From: Bacilli bacterium
Lineage (GTDB): Bacteria; Bacillota_I; Bacilli_A; RFN20; CAG-826
Assembly (NCBI GenBank): GCA_045130875.1
Contig: JBGUQI010000011.1
Location: forward strand, 73,828 to 137,827
Length of the DNA: 64,000 nucleotides
Direction of reading: 5' to 3'
This document shows positions 46,275 to 55,647 of this stretch, in pieces. The translations under genes and the position numbers were made by a program. The notes under the pieces are model-generated. The model was not told the origin of the DNA. It worked only from the letters and a program-made list of their open reading frames with translations, and ran no database searches. Within the stretch, counting starts at the first letter, position 1; each line of letters begins with the position of its first letter.

Positions 46275-47168
46275 TTATCCTTTCTTTCCGGTTGTCAAAA
46301 CACCATCGGTGAGTTGTTTTTGGAATATGCCAAATACCACAGCGGGAACGATGGTCATAAAGACACCTGCCGCCATACGGATATGAGCCATCTGGGCAGC
46401 AGCATCGCCTTCTGTGGAATTTAAGAATACGTAGTATGCTAAAGTTCTCGGTGCGCTATCACTGGTTAAATAGACTAATGGTCCATAGAAATCGCCCCAG
46501 TTAGTCATAAGGATAGTCACTGCAATATAAATTAAGATTGGTTTACAGTTCGGTAAGATGATGTGCCAATAAATCTTCCACATCGAAGCTCCATCAGCTT
46601 TCGCGGCATCAATCATATTGTTGGGAATACCCAACATATATTGTCTTAATAAGAAGATGTAAACCGCACCACCACCAAATAAGTTTGGAATAGTTAAAGG
46701 TAATAATGTATCAATCCAATGCCATCTCGCATACATCACATATAACGGGATTTGTGTGGCCACTGCGGGAAGCATCATTGTGAACATCATCAAGATAAAC
46801 ATTACTCTCTTACCAACCCACTCTAACTTAGCGAATGAGAAGGCAATTAATGAGGCTGATAAAAGTGTGGCAATAATGTTAAATCCAATAATAATGCATG
46901 TATTTCCCAGGGCTTTTAAGTAATTTTCATTAGTAAATATAGATAAATAGTTATTAAATTGAGGAACCGCAGGAAGGATGGGAACATTAGGATCGATGAC
47001 TTCATTTGAACTCATCAAGGACTTAGAAACCATGTAGAAATATGGGAACACTAAAACCATTCCCGCTAGAGCCATGATGAGTAAGAAGATAAACACCTTA
47101 CTCTTATTCCACATACGGGTCATATTACTTCTACGACGCGCTTTTTGTGCTAATGATGACATTGCCAT
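46275..47168 (-). CDS. Carbohydrate ABC transporter permease (MalG-type)
   Basis: 297 aa with EAA loop DAAKADGASMWKIYWHIILP. RBS AGGAGG lies 9 nt upstream. Confidence 0.85.
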   Translation of the reverse strand: MAMSSLAQKARRRSNMTRMWNKSKVFIFLLIMALAGMVLVFPYFYMVSKSLMSSNEVIDPNVPILPAVPQFNNYLSIFTNENYLKALGNTCIIIGFNIIATLLSASLIAFSFAKLEWVGKRVMFILMMFTMMLPAVATQIPLYVMYARWHWIDTLLPLTIPNLFGGGAVYIFLLRQYMLGIPNNMIDAAKADGASMWKIYWHIILPNCKPILIYIAVTILMTNWGDFYGPLVYLTSDSAPRTLAYYVFLNSTEGDAAAQMAHIRMAAGVFMTIVPAVVFGIFQKQLTDGVLTTGKKG

Positions 47169-47169
47169 A

Positions 47170-48117
47170 CTAAGCGTCCTCCTGGTAATAAACCCATTTA
47201 CTGGAGATAAACATAATGCCTGTCAAAATTGCGATGACAAGGAATAATAACCACGACAAGGCCGCGGCATATCCGATGTTGCCATTTCTAAAGGCTTCCC
47301 AATACACTTTGACACCATATAGATATAAGGAGTCACCTTCACCACGACCATAACGTGAGGCGAATGTCAAAGTGCCATTATATTGCAAGGTTCCAATGAC
47401 CGACATAATCATGTTATAGAAGATCATTGGTGTGGATAATGGGAGAGTAATATGGATGAATCTCTGGAAGGCATTAGAACCTTCAATCTTCGCGGATTCA
47501 TATAATGAATTAGGAATATTCTTAAAGGCACTGAGCCATAAGACCATGCCTCCACCGATACCCCAGGTATTCATGAAAATTAAGGAAACCATCGCTGTTT
47601 CTGCCGCCCCGAAGAAGGGGAACTTTTGGAATCCTAACATGACGAGGAATTTATTGAATACACCATAGGTCTCATTGGTTAAATCTTTCCAGAGCAAACC
47701 ATTGACGACAGCAGGGATAACGACTGGCAAATAGTAAAGGATTCTAAAGAATCCTGTGAATTTAAATTTCTGATTCACCAATAGAGCTAAAAAATAGGAA
47801 AGCACGATATTAAGTGGAACGGAAATAACAGCATATAAAATGGTATTTCTCGCCACTATCGGCATGCTTCTATCAGTGAATATTCTGAGATAATTGCCGA
47901 AGCCCACAAATTCAGCACTGAAGTCCGCGGCAATATCATAGAGAGAATAGTAAAGAGAAAGGAACATCGGCACAAAAGTAAAGACCGCTAAGCCAATCAT
48001 CAAAGGAAGGTTGAACAACCAGCCTACGTAATTGCGCTTTAAGAATTTGACAAACTTATTCTGCGGTTTGTACTTGCGCACTTTCTTCTGTTCTTTTTGC
48101 TCTCCGCTAATTTCCAT
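47170..48117 (-). CDS. Carbohydrate ABC transporter permease (MalF-type)
   Basis: 315 aa, 6 TM segments, EAA loop ESAKIEGSNAFQRFIHITLP. Confidence 0.85.
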   Translation of the reverse strand: MEISGEQKEQKKVRKYKPQNKFVKFLKRNYVGWLFNLPLMIGLAVFTFVPMFLSLYYSLYDIAADFSAEFVGFGNYLRIFTDRSMPIVARNTILYAVISVPLNIVLSYFLALLVNQKFKFTGFFRILYYLPVVIPAVVNGLLWKDLTNETYGVFNKFLVMLGFQKFPFFGAAETAMVSLIFMNTWGIGGGMVLWLSAFKNIPNSLYESAKIEGSNAFQRFIHITLPLSTPMIFYNMIMSVIGTLQYNGTLTFASRYGRGEGDSLYLYGVKVYWEAFRNGNIGYAAALSWLLFLVIAILTGIMFISSKWVYYQEDA

Positions 48118-48120
48118 TTT

Positions 48121-49491
48121 TTATAGTTTTGCTAAAGCATCCTCTAAATCTAAGACACAAGTTTCAATCGCTTTATCGATTGTTTTACTTCTCTTTAAGG
48201 TGTTGGAGAATAAATCTTTGAAAGCCATATCTAAGTCGCCTTTAATCTTTGGGTCAACGTAACTTAAGAATTCAGGAACGATTTTATATTCTGGACCATA
48301 TGTATATGCGGCTAAGTTAAAATCGGTATAGCCTTCACCCCATTTAGAGGTGCGATAATCTTGTAAATCCTTGCGGATGGATGGTAATTGTAATCCACCT
48401 TCCGCGAGTTTTTCTTGGCCTTCTTTGCTCATCATATAGCTGAGGAACTGCCAGGCTGCGGCTTTTTCTTTGGAGTTTCTGTTAATCGCATAACCCGCGA
48501 TACCAGAACCAATTTTGGGAGCACTCTTGGCGTTGATTAATGGGAAGGAAACTAAGTCGATATTGTTCTTTAATTCTCTTCTTTCCGCAAACAAGGAGAA
48601 GGATGCGGATTGGAATAAGAATGGAGCGGTACCAACTTCGAAGGAGTTACCAGGGGTGACACCGTCTTCGACGATGTATTTGTTTTCCATCATGCTCTTA
48701 ACCATAGTTAAGCATTGTCTGGTTTCTTCACAATCAATTGCGATTCTCCCGTCTTTGGTTAACACATCAGCACCATAGGATCTTAAGATTGGATAGTTAC
48801 AGGATAACCATGTGGTTAAGTTTGCATCGCAGCAATACCAGTCACTCTTACCTTTACCATCAAGATAAGCACGATATTGTGCCATCACATTCATAAAGGT
48901 ATCCCAAGACCAACCATCTTGGATGACGGACATATCGATACCTGCTTGACCTAATAACTTCTTGTTATAGAAAGTCACAACAGTATCACAAGAACGAGGA
49001 ATCAAATAATGTTTGCCTTCCATCGCACCCATATCGATAAAGCTGGTAATGAAGTCTTCTTGCATATTGAAGACGCCGGCTTTTTCACTATTCTTGAAAT
49101 AGGCATCTAATGGTTCGGCAATCTTCGCGGACACTAAATAATAGAAGTCTGGGGAGTTAGACCAAACGATATCTGGTAATGTTCCAGCGAGGTTTTGATT
49201 TCTCACTGTGGATTCCCAGTTATTGACCGAAACATATGATTTTTCAAATGTAATATTGGGGAAATGCTCGCTAAATCCCGCAATACAGCTATCAATCATC
49301 GTGGTTTCATTACTGTTACCTTGAGGGATTAATAGTCTCAATTTGCAGGAATATTCAGGGTCAATAGTAATTTCACCCTCACCTTCATAACTTGAGTCAT
49401 CACTCTTGGGTTTGAAATCGGTGTTAAGACAGCCAGTCAACATAACGGTGACTGCTGCTAACGATAGACCTAACAAAACTTTCTTTTTCAT
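48121..49491 (-). CDS. Extracellular sugar-binding lipoprotein (ABC SBP)
   Basis: 456 aa with lipobox MLTG|CLNT, located directly upstream of the permease pair. Confidence 0.85.
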   Translation of the reverse strand: MKKKVLLGLSLAAVTVMLTGCLNTDFKPKSDDSSYEGEGEITIDPEYSCKLRLLIPQGNSNETTMIDSCIAGFSEHFPNITFEKSYVSVNNWESTVRNQNLAGTLPDIVWSNSPDFYYLVSAKIAEPLDAYFKNSEKAGVFNMQEDFITSFIDMGAMEGKHYLIPRSCDTVVTFYNKKLLGQAGIDMSVIQDGWSWDTFMNVMAQYRAYLDGKGKSDWYCCDANLTTWLSCNYPILRSYGADVLTKDGRIAIDCEETRQCLTMVKSMMENKYIVEDGVTPGNSFEVGTAPFLFQSASFSLFAERRELKNNIDLVSFPLINAKSAPKIGSGIAGYAINRNSKEKAAAWQFLSYMMSKEGQEKLAEGGLQLPSIRKDLQDYRTSKWGEGYTDFNLAAYTYGPEYKIVPEFLSYVDPKIKGDLDMAFKDLFSNTLKRSKTIDKAIETCVLDLEDALAKL

Positions 49492-49503
49492 GTGTCATCC
49501 TCC

Positions 49504-50766
49504 TTAATATTTGACAATGGTAGAAAGAATAGACTGCAAATAAATACGACTGGCATAGTCATTGACATGGTTAATGCCATTCGCAGTCATGTCTTGGTAT
49601 TTTTTGTTTTTATATAGTTCTTTAGAAACATTAAAGACATCCACTAAAGCGGTGCCTTGAATAGAATTGGTAATTTCTCTTTTAATCTTGTTGATGTAAC
49701 TATCAACTTTTTCATAATCATAAATCATGGGGTTAGGTCCAAAGGGTGTAAGGATTAAGAATTCACAATCTGGACATCTATTTCTCACTTCTAAAACGAG
49801 GGAAACCATATTATCTATAAAAGAATTAGGACTCACGCCTGCGCCTAAATCATTAATTCCAAAATGAATAATTAATAAATCAGGATTCTCTTGTGAAACA
49901 TTATAGATTTGGGTGTTATTACATCCCCAAGATGATTGAGTGCCACCCACAGAGAGGTTTGCGCCAGTGATATGAGATTCAAGCTTTTCATTTAGATATG
50001 AAATACTCATATTGAAGAATGTTTCCATAAATGGTTCATGATTAAATTTCTTAGAAGAAGAACAACCTTCTAATACAGAATCGCCAAGACCAACAATTTT
50101 AATGTCTTGGTTATTAGCTAATTTATTTTTTAATTTAGGTAAAGTTTCTAATTGATTGTCAGGGAAGGACGCTAAAGTATCCACGATTTCTCTAATGTCG
50201 TAGACATAAGAAACCTGGATTTGGTGACCATAATATAAATCGGATTCGGTATAATAAGCCGGTCCCATTTGCACACAGTCAGTGGAAATATTAGAAATAG
50301 AACTCACTAATCGATATCCATCAGGAAGGTATTCACCTTTTAAAGTGGAATCTTCTAGATAGGGCATTGTTGAATTTTCAGTACGAATAATTGTCTTGCC
50401 ATCTAATGTATAATCGGTTCCTTCCACATAGTTGTGGGTTTTAAGAGTAAAGTCTTTAATCGCCAAAATCTTCAGAGGAGTATAAGCGAGTTTTCCAGAG
50501 ATAACTCCCGTCTCGCTATCTTTGGATAATAGAACTGTCTCGTTATAGATGACATTCCCTTTCCAAAAAGGATCGGATATTTGCTTATCTTCAAAGGAAT
50601 AAGCTAGACTATCATAATCCTCTACATAATTAGGAAATTTAGTTAAATCAATCTCTTGTTCTTCGCTTTTGCTCTCATCTTTGGATGATGAATCTGGTTT
50701 TGTGTGGGTACAGGAAACACACAAAAACAAACAGACAGGCAACAAAAAATTACAAATTTTTCGCAT
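49504..50766 (-). CDS. SGNH/GDSL esterase lipoprotein with N-terminal beta-sandwich (paralog of the C-terminal two thirds of 14032..16494)
   Basis: Lipobox LCVS|CTH and SGNH blocks VGLGDSVLEG, LSVGGTQS and IHFGINDLG. The ATG at 50766 (MRKICNF) has GGAGA 9 nt upstream; the ORF-track start at 50805 is less likely. Confidence 0.75.
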   Translation of the reverse strand: MRKICNFLLPVCLFLCVSCTHTKPDSSSKDESKSEEQEIDLTKFPNYVEDYDSLAYSFEDKQISDPFWKGNVIYNETVLLSKDSETGVISGKLAYTPLKILAIKDFTLKTHNYVEGTDYTLDGKTIIRTENSTMPYLEDSTLKGEYLPDGYRLVSSISNISTDCVQMGPAYYTESDLYYGHQIQVSYVYDIREIVDTLASFPDNQLETLPKLKNKLANNQDIKIVGLGDSVLEGCSSSKKFNHEPFMETFFNMSISYLNEKLESHITGANLSVGGTQSSWGCNNTQIYNVSQENPDLLIIHFGINDLGAGVSPNSFIDNMVSLVLEVRNRCPDCEFLILTPFGPNPMIYDYEKVDSYINKIKREITNSIQGTALVDVFNVSKELYKNKKYQDMTANGINHVNDYASRIYLQSILSTIVKY

Positions 50767-50892
50767 AAAAGAAGTTCTCCTACTCTTAAAATTACATAAG
50801 CGCACACAAAAATAAACATAGAAAAAGTAAAATAAATCATTTTTTATAAGAATTTTATAAATTTTGATTATAATGTAGATATAGGTATTATT

Positions 50893-51792
50893 ATGAATAG
50901 TGAGTCACTAGGAATTGCTTTATATCAAACCAATAATATTGAAGATCCCTCAAAGGTCATTCAGTTAGGTTATCATACCCACAACACCATTGAGTTTTCT
51001 TATATCCATTCAGGAACGATTGATTTTTGGTATCAAGGAAAAGATAAAGAAATTAAACAAACAATCCTAAAGAATCAAATGATTATCATTTTTCCTAATG
51101 TCAGTCACCGCTTTGATATCAATAATTCATTAATCAGTATTGGTATGGAACTATGCTTACCTAATTATGAAAGTGACATCTACTCATTTTTAAATCAATC
51201 ACCATTCATCCATGAATTCTTAAACGACTATTCCTTCAGTATAAACAACCCTTTTATCATTATTAATGATAGCGAAAATCTGTTCACATCTCTTCTGGAG
51301 ATGAAAAGATATTCCAAATTCAATGATTTAACCGATATAGAAAAAGAGAAATTCCAACTTAAATTAAAAAGTCTTCTTTTAGATATCGTTCAGTGCGAGA
51401 AGATTTCTCCCACACAAAAGAAATCTAACTTTATTATCAATAAATCCTTGGGTTACATTGAAAGAAACTATTTTAGAGACATTAAAGCTCCCGATGTATC
51501 CGCTGCCGTAGGTGTATCTTATTCATATTTAAGGAATCTATATCAAACCATATTACATACAAGCATTAATGACGCGATCAACAAAAGTAGAATCGAAAAG
51601 GCTAAAGATTTAATTAAAAGTGGACTACCTTTAAAGACCGTCAGTGAACAAGTAGGATTTAAAACCCAACAACATTTTGATAAAGTCTTCAAAAAGTTTG
51701 AAAAGACATCCCCCACTGATTTTAAAAAGAATGTCAAAATCGATACAAATAGATATTTTGTGGTTAATAAACCAAATCTATATGATTTTTAA
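50893..51792 (+). CDS. AraC-family transcriptional regulator
   Basis: 299 aa with an N-terminal cupin-like domain. The C-terminal HTH pair reads IKAPDVSAAVGVSYSYLRNLYQ...LKTVSEQVGFKTQQHFDKVFKKFEKTSPTDF. Divergent from the second operon. Confidence 0.85.
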   Translation: MNSESLGIALYQTNNIEDPSKVIQLGYHTHNTIEFSYIHSGTIDFWYQGKDKEIKQTILKNQMIIIFPNVSHRFDINNSLISIGMELCLPNYESDIYSFLNQSPFIHEFLNDYSFSINNPFIIINDSENLFTSLLEMKRYSKFNDLTDIEKEKFQLKLKSLLLDIVQCEKISPTQKKSNFIINKSLGYIERNYFRDIKAPDVSAAVGVSYSYLRNLYQTILHTSINDAINKSRIEKAKDLIKSGLPLKTVSEQVGFKTQQHFDKVFKKFEKTSPTDFKKNVKIDTNRYFVVNKPNLYDF

Positions 51793-51833
51793 AAATTACA
51801 TTTATAATAATGTTATAAAAAAGGAGACAAATT

Positions 51834-52181
51834 ATGGAAAAAGCTTCAAAAGTTATGTATAGCATTGCCAACTTCTTTACCTGGATTCTTGTTATCTTCT
51901 GTATCGCTGGTATCGTGTTCTCTAGCCTTCAAATGGCAGGCAAATTAGTGGAATGGGGCTGGACAGGCGAAGACACAAATCCATTCTTTGGCATGGGTTC
52001 ATTAATCACCTTAATCTTCCTTCTCATCGTTTCATTAATCACGATTGCGATGGTCAGGAGAGCGAAAGCCAGTGATAGTTCCAAAGCTTGGGATGTCTTA
52101 TTCCTCATCTTAGGCCTCGTCGGTGGCAATATCTTCTATACCTTAGGTGGATTATTTGGTTTAATCGCCGTCAGAAGATAG
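51834..52181 (+). CDS. Small integral membrane protein (3-4 TM), unknown function
   Basis: 115 aa with strong RBS AAGGAGA 7 nt upstream, hydrophobic segments, and a terminator downstream. Confidence 0.6.
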   Translation: MEKASKVMYSIANFFTWILVIFCIAGIVFSSLQMAGKLVEWGWTGEDTNPFFGMGSLITLIFLLIVSLITIAMVRRAKASDSSKAWDVLFLILGLVGGNIFYTLGGLFGLIAVRR

Positions 52182-52206
52182 TATAAAAAATTAAATATTT
52201 AAGAAT

Positions 52207-52226
52207 AAGGGCTTTGTGCCCTTTTT
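52207..52226 (+). terminator. Intrinsic terminator
   Basis: AAGGGC-TTTGT-GCCCTT followed by TTTCTATT. Confidence 0.5.
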
Positions 52227-52276
52227 CTATTACCTTGAAACAATTACAATAAATAAAGAGAAAAGAGATATTTGTT

Positions 52277-54454
52277 ATGAATAAAGGTTTTATCACTATT
52301 CCCACTGACGCTGATTTCGTGGAAGAAACCAAAAAATATATAAAGATGTGGGGTGCCGATGCAGTTAGAGACTGCGATGGTGTTTCTCTCCCTAAAAACG
52401 TTCAAGATTTTAACTGTGAAGTATACAAAGCTTACTTCATCGTTAGAGAAGATCATGAATACGCTAAGAAGCATCATGAATATCTTCAAAATGTCGCTTT
52501 GATAACCGATAGATATACCGCTTTAGAAGATGAATTAAGAATTGACCTTTTAAAGAATATCTTTAAAGACTCCATTGAAGTCAATGAAGATAGAAAAGAA
52601 AAGTATTGGCAAGTCATTGATAGAACCACAGGAAAGATTCATAAAGATTGGGAATACTTAGGTAACAATATTGTCCTTATTAAGAACCCTATTAAATATC
52701 ACGAATATACCGTATCCTTCTTTGGAAGAAATATCTGGGATCCTGTCCAGATATATAACTACCATTCCAACAATTGGAAAGATGTTCCTAAAGATTTGGA
52801 TTTAGACCCTATATATCCAGAAGCTTTAAACCATATGTTAAAGAGAATGGAAGATTGGTGTATTGCTCATCCAGAAGTCACTGTAGTTAGATTCACCACT
52901 TTCTTCTATAACTTCTTCATCGTCTATGTCACTGGTTTAACCCAGGGATATTGGGATTGGCATACCTACGCGATGAGTGCCTCTCCTGAGATGTTTGACT
53001 ATCTCAAAAAAGAATTCGATTTCGATGTCACATTAGAGGATGTTGTCACCGGCGGAACATATGCTTCAAAATTCGAAATTCCCAGCGAAAAGACCAGGAA
53101 ATACATCGATTTAGTGCAAAAACTATGCTGCAGATGGGCCAAACAATTCGTCGATATCGTTCATAAATATAACAAGAAAGCAATGATGTTTGATGGCGAC
53201 CATCGTATTGGTACAGAACCATATAATCCCTATTTTGCCTCAATCGGATTAGATGCGGTTGTCGGTGCCCCTCACAGTGGGCCATATATCCGTTTATTAA
53301 CCGATATGACAGGCATCAAATACACAGAAGGTAGATTGAATCCTTATTTCTTCCCCAATGAATGTCCAAGTGATGCAGAGGGTGTGAAGTTCCTCACGAA
53401 TAACTGGAACAGTGAGAAGAGAGGTCTTCTAAAGAAGTGCATCGATAGAATTGGCTTCGGTGGTTATCTCCGCCTCGCGGATACTTATCCAAATTTCTGC
53501 AAGCTCATCAAAGATGTCTGTGATGAATTTAGATTAATCAAAGAACATGTTGGCAAAGAAGGCGCCTACTCTCATGTGAAGATTGCTGTCATTTCCTATT
53601 GGGGAAGATTATTCTCCTGGATGACTAACGGCACATTCACTGATGACACAAAACCAGAAACCATTGGTTACAATACATTCTTTAACGCAGTCTGTGGTCA
53701 ACCTGTGGATGTTAGTTTCATTTCCTTTGATGAAGTAATGAATGGTGATTTATCTAAGTATGATGTTTTGGTGAATACTGGTTTACCAGGATCCGCCTTC
53801 CAAGGTGATTATTATTGGAAGAATGAAAAGCTTCTCTCTAGAATTAGAGAGTTTGTCGCAAATGGAGGTGGCTTTATCGGTATCGGCGAACCATCTGGAT
53901 ATAAATATCAAGGCAAGTATTTCCAATTAGAAGATGTCCTTGGTGTACAAAAAGAAGTTGGTTTCACCTATCCTAGAAACAAATTCTTCCCAGAAAAAGA
54001 TTTGAAGCATTGGATTATCAATGACTATGATGTCAATAAGATTAGATTTGGTCCTCAAGGTTATGGAGTTTATCCTTTAACCGCGAATGTCTTAGCTAGC
54101 TCCCCAAATAACTTCAATGAAACCACAAGATTATTAACTGGTGGGGATGTCTTCTTATCCACCAATGAATTTGGCAAAGGAAGAGCGGTATTTATCTCCT
54201 CACTATTAGATTGTTTTGAATCTTATAGATTAATCTATAAATCTCTATTATGGGCTTCTCATAAAGAGAACTTATATGAAAGAGCCTTATCTAAAGATAT
54301 CACCACAGATTGTTACTATTATGAAAAATCAAATAGCTACGCAATCTTCAACAGCGGGATTACCACTGTCACCACTGATTTCTACGATATTAAAGGAAAC
54401 AAAAAAGAAATCACCGTCGGTCCTAAAGAGATTCTTTGGATTAATGGTAAGTAA
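52277..54454 (+). CDS. GH112 beta-galactoside phosphorylase (lacto-N-biose/galacto-N-biose/Gal-beta-1,4-L-Rha phosphorylase family)
   Basis: 725 aa. It is collinear with the remembered Bifidobacterium LNBP sequence: the start ...IPTDADFVEETKKYIKMWGADAVRDCDG, then YWQVIDRTTG, HEYTVSF...IWDPVQIYN, VVRFTTFFYNF, AMMFDGDHRIGTEPY, GLDAVVG and IKYTEGRLNPYFFP. Confidence 0.9.
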   Translation: MNKGFITIPTDADFVEETKKYIKMWGADAVRDCDGVSLPKNVQDFNCEVYKAYFIVREDHEYAKKHHEYLQNVALITDRYTALEDELRIDLLKNIFKDSIEVNEDRKEKYWQVIDRTTGKIHKDWEYLGNNIVLIKNPIKYHEYTVSFFGRNIWDPVQIYNYHSNNWKDVPKDLDLDPIYPEALNHMLKRMEDWCIAHPEVTVVRFTTFFYNFFIVYVTGLTQGYWDWHTYAMSASPEMFDYLKKEFDFDVTLEDVVTGGTYASKFEIPSEKTRKYIDLVQKLCCRWAKQFVDIVHKYNKKAMMFDGDHRIGTEPYNPYFASIGLDAVVGAPHSGPYIRLLTDMTGIKYTEGRLNPYFFPNECPSDAEGVKFLTNNWNSEKRGLLKKCIDRIGFGGYLRLADTYPNFCKLIKDVCDEFRLIKEHVGKEGAYSHVKIAVISYWGRLFSWMTNGTFTDDTKPETIGYNTFFNAVCGQPVDVSFISFDEVMNGDLSKYDVLVNTGLPGSAFQGDYYWKNEKLLSRIREFVANGGGFIGIGEPSGYKYQGKYFQLEDVLGVQKEVGFTYPRNKFFPEKDLKHWIINDYDVNKIRFGPQGYGVYPLTANVLASSPNNFNETTRLLTGGDVFLSTNEFGKGRAVFISSLLDCFESYRLIYKSLLWASHKENLYERALSKDITTDCYYYEKSNSYAIFNSGITTVTTDFYDIKGNKKEITVGPKEILWINGK

Positions 54455-54473
54455 TTAAAGTCATCAATAAAAA

Positions 54474-54495
54474 ATGGGCTAGGTCAATAGTCCAT
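54474..54495. terminator. Bidirectional intrinsic terminator between convergent genes
   Basis: ATGGGCTA-GGTCAA-TAGTCCAT (8 bp, one G-U), flanked by AAAAA upstream and TTTTATTTATT downstream. Confidence 0.6.
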
Positions 54496-54496
54496 T

Positions 54497-55525
54497 TTAT
54501 TTATTGTCTTTTTCGTCGTTATTAAATAATAATTTAATACTCTTATAAGGTCCAAAGAGGGTGAGGAGATCACCTTTCTCCACGATTGTGTCCTTATCCA
54601 CGACGACATATTTATCTTTTCTTTTAATAAATCCAATAGTGATATTGTATTTGTCTTTTAATGGGGTGTTCTGCATCTTCACTCCATCAAGTTCTGCTGG
54701 TACTTCATCAACATAGACTTCCACTAAAGCATTGGAGCCGTAGTTGTTCACTAAAGTGATTTCGTTAATTCTTTCAATAGGAACAATCTCTTTGTCTTTC
54801 TTAAGAGAATTAACAAAGACTTCTTTGATATCATTGATTAAACCATAGATAACTAAGACATCACCTTTACGGAACATCGTGTCTTTAGTGACTTCAATGA
54901 TTCTCGCTCCTCTTTTAATGGATAAGACATTGATGGAATAATTTCTAGTTAATCCCATATCAATTAAGGATGTTTCTTTAGCAAATTCAGGAACGTTATT
55001 TAACACCACTTCCGCGATTGCGTATTTACCATATAAATCTAAGACAGTGATGATGTTTGTGTTTCTCTTTTTCCTAGATGAATTAATGGCAATATTCTCT
55101 AAAAACCTTTGAAATCTCTTGTTAATTGGGGGAATTTTGATAAATAACATCAAGATAAATAATCCCGCTGTGACACATAAAACTATAAAGGAAGCATCAG
55201 TAACTGGAGGTAAATTGATGTTGTTATCTAAAAGCAACATGGAGATGGAGAACAAGACGTTGATAATCAAACCCATAAATGCCACGGAGAAAATGTGACC
55301 AGTATACATACAAGCTAACGCAATCTTTCTTCTCTTCTCATCATGAGTGACAAGTTCACTTTCCGCGGTGGTATAACCCGCGCCAGTAAATAAGGAGCCA
55401 ACTTGGAATCTAATCTTACTAGTGGCAAGTCCAGTGAGTTTAAAAGCCACGGAAAAGATTTCTATCGTAAATAGATAGATGGTGACAACTCCTATAACTA
55501 ACGCAATAGCTAACCAAAGATTCAT
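54497..55525 (-). CDS. Membrane protein with channel-like N-terminal TM region and two TrkA-C (RCK C-terminal) domains
   Basis: 342 aa. The order is TM1, the loop SLFTGAGYTTAES, then TM2 and TM3. Two ~80-aa TrkA_C-like repeats follow (KGDVLVIYG...; KGDLLTLFG...). Confidence 0.55.
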   Translation of the reverse strand: MNLWLAIALVIGVVTIYLFTIEIFSVAFKLTGLATSKIRFQVGSLFTGAGYTTAESELVTHDEKRRKIALACMYTGHIFSVAFMGLIINVLFSISMLLLDNNINLPPVTDASFIVLCVTAGLFILMLFIKIPPINKRFQRFLENIAINSSRKKRNTNIITVLDLYGKYAIAEVVLNNVPEFAKETSLIDMGLTRNYSINVLSIKRGARIIEVTKDTMFRKGDVLVIYGLINDIKEVFVNSLKKDKEIVPIERINEITLVNNYGSNALVEVYVDEVPAELDGVKMQNTPLKDKYNITIGFIKRKDKYVVVDKDTIVEKGDLLTLFGPYKSIKLLFNNDEKDNK

Positions 55526-55647
55526 ATATCGCTCTCGATATATTGTATATTAACTTTTCATAAATATTCAGTGTTTTGTTGTTTCAATAACAAATATTTG
55601 CCCTTCAATTATTGAATTAAAGTTGCTACACGATAGAAAATATAGTT

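Noticed and set aside
50843-50861. Perfect inverted repeat TTTATAA-GAATT-TTATAAA in the second AraC divergent region
   Set aside because: It is composed almost only of A/T, so it is expected by chance in this spacer. It is also not shared with the first AraC region.
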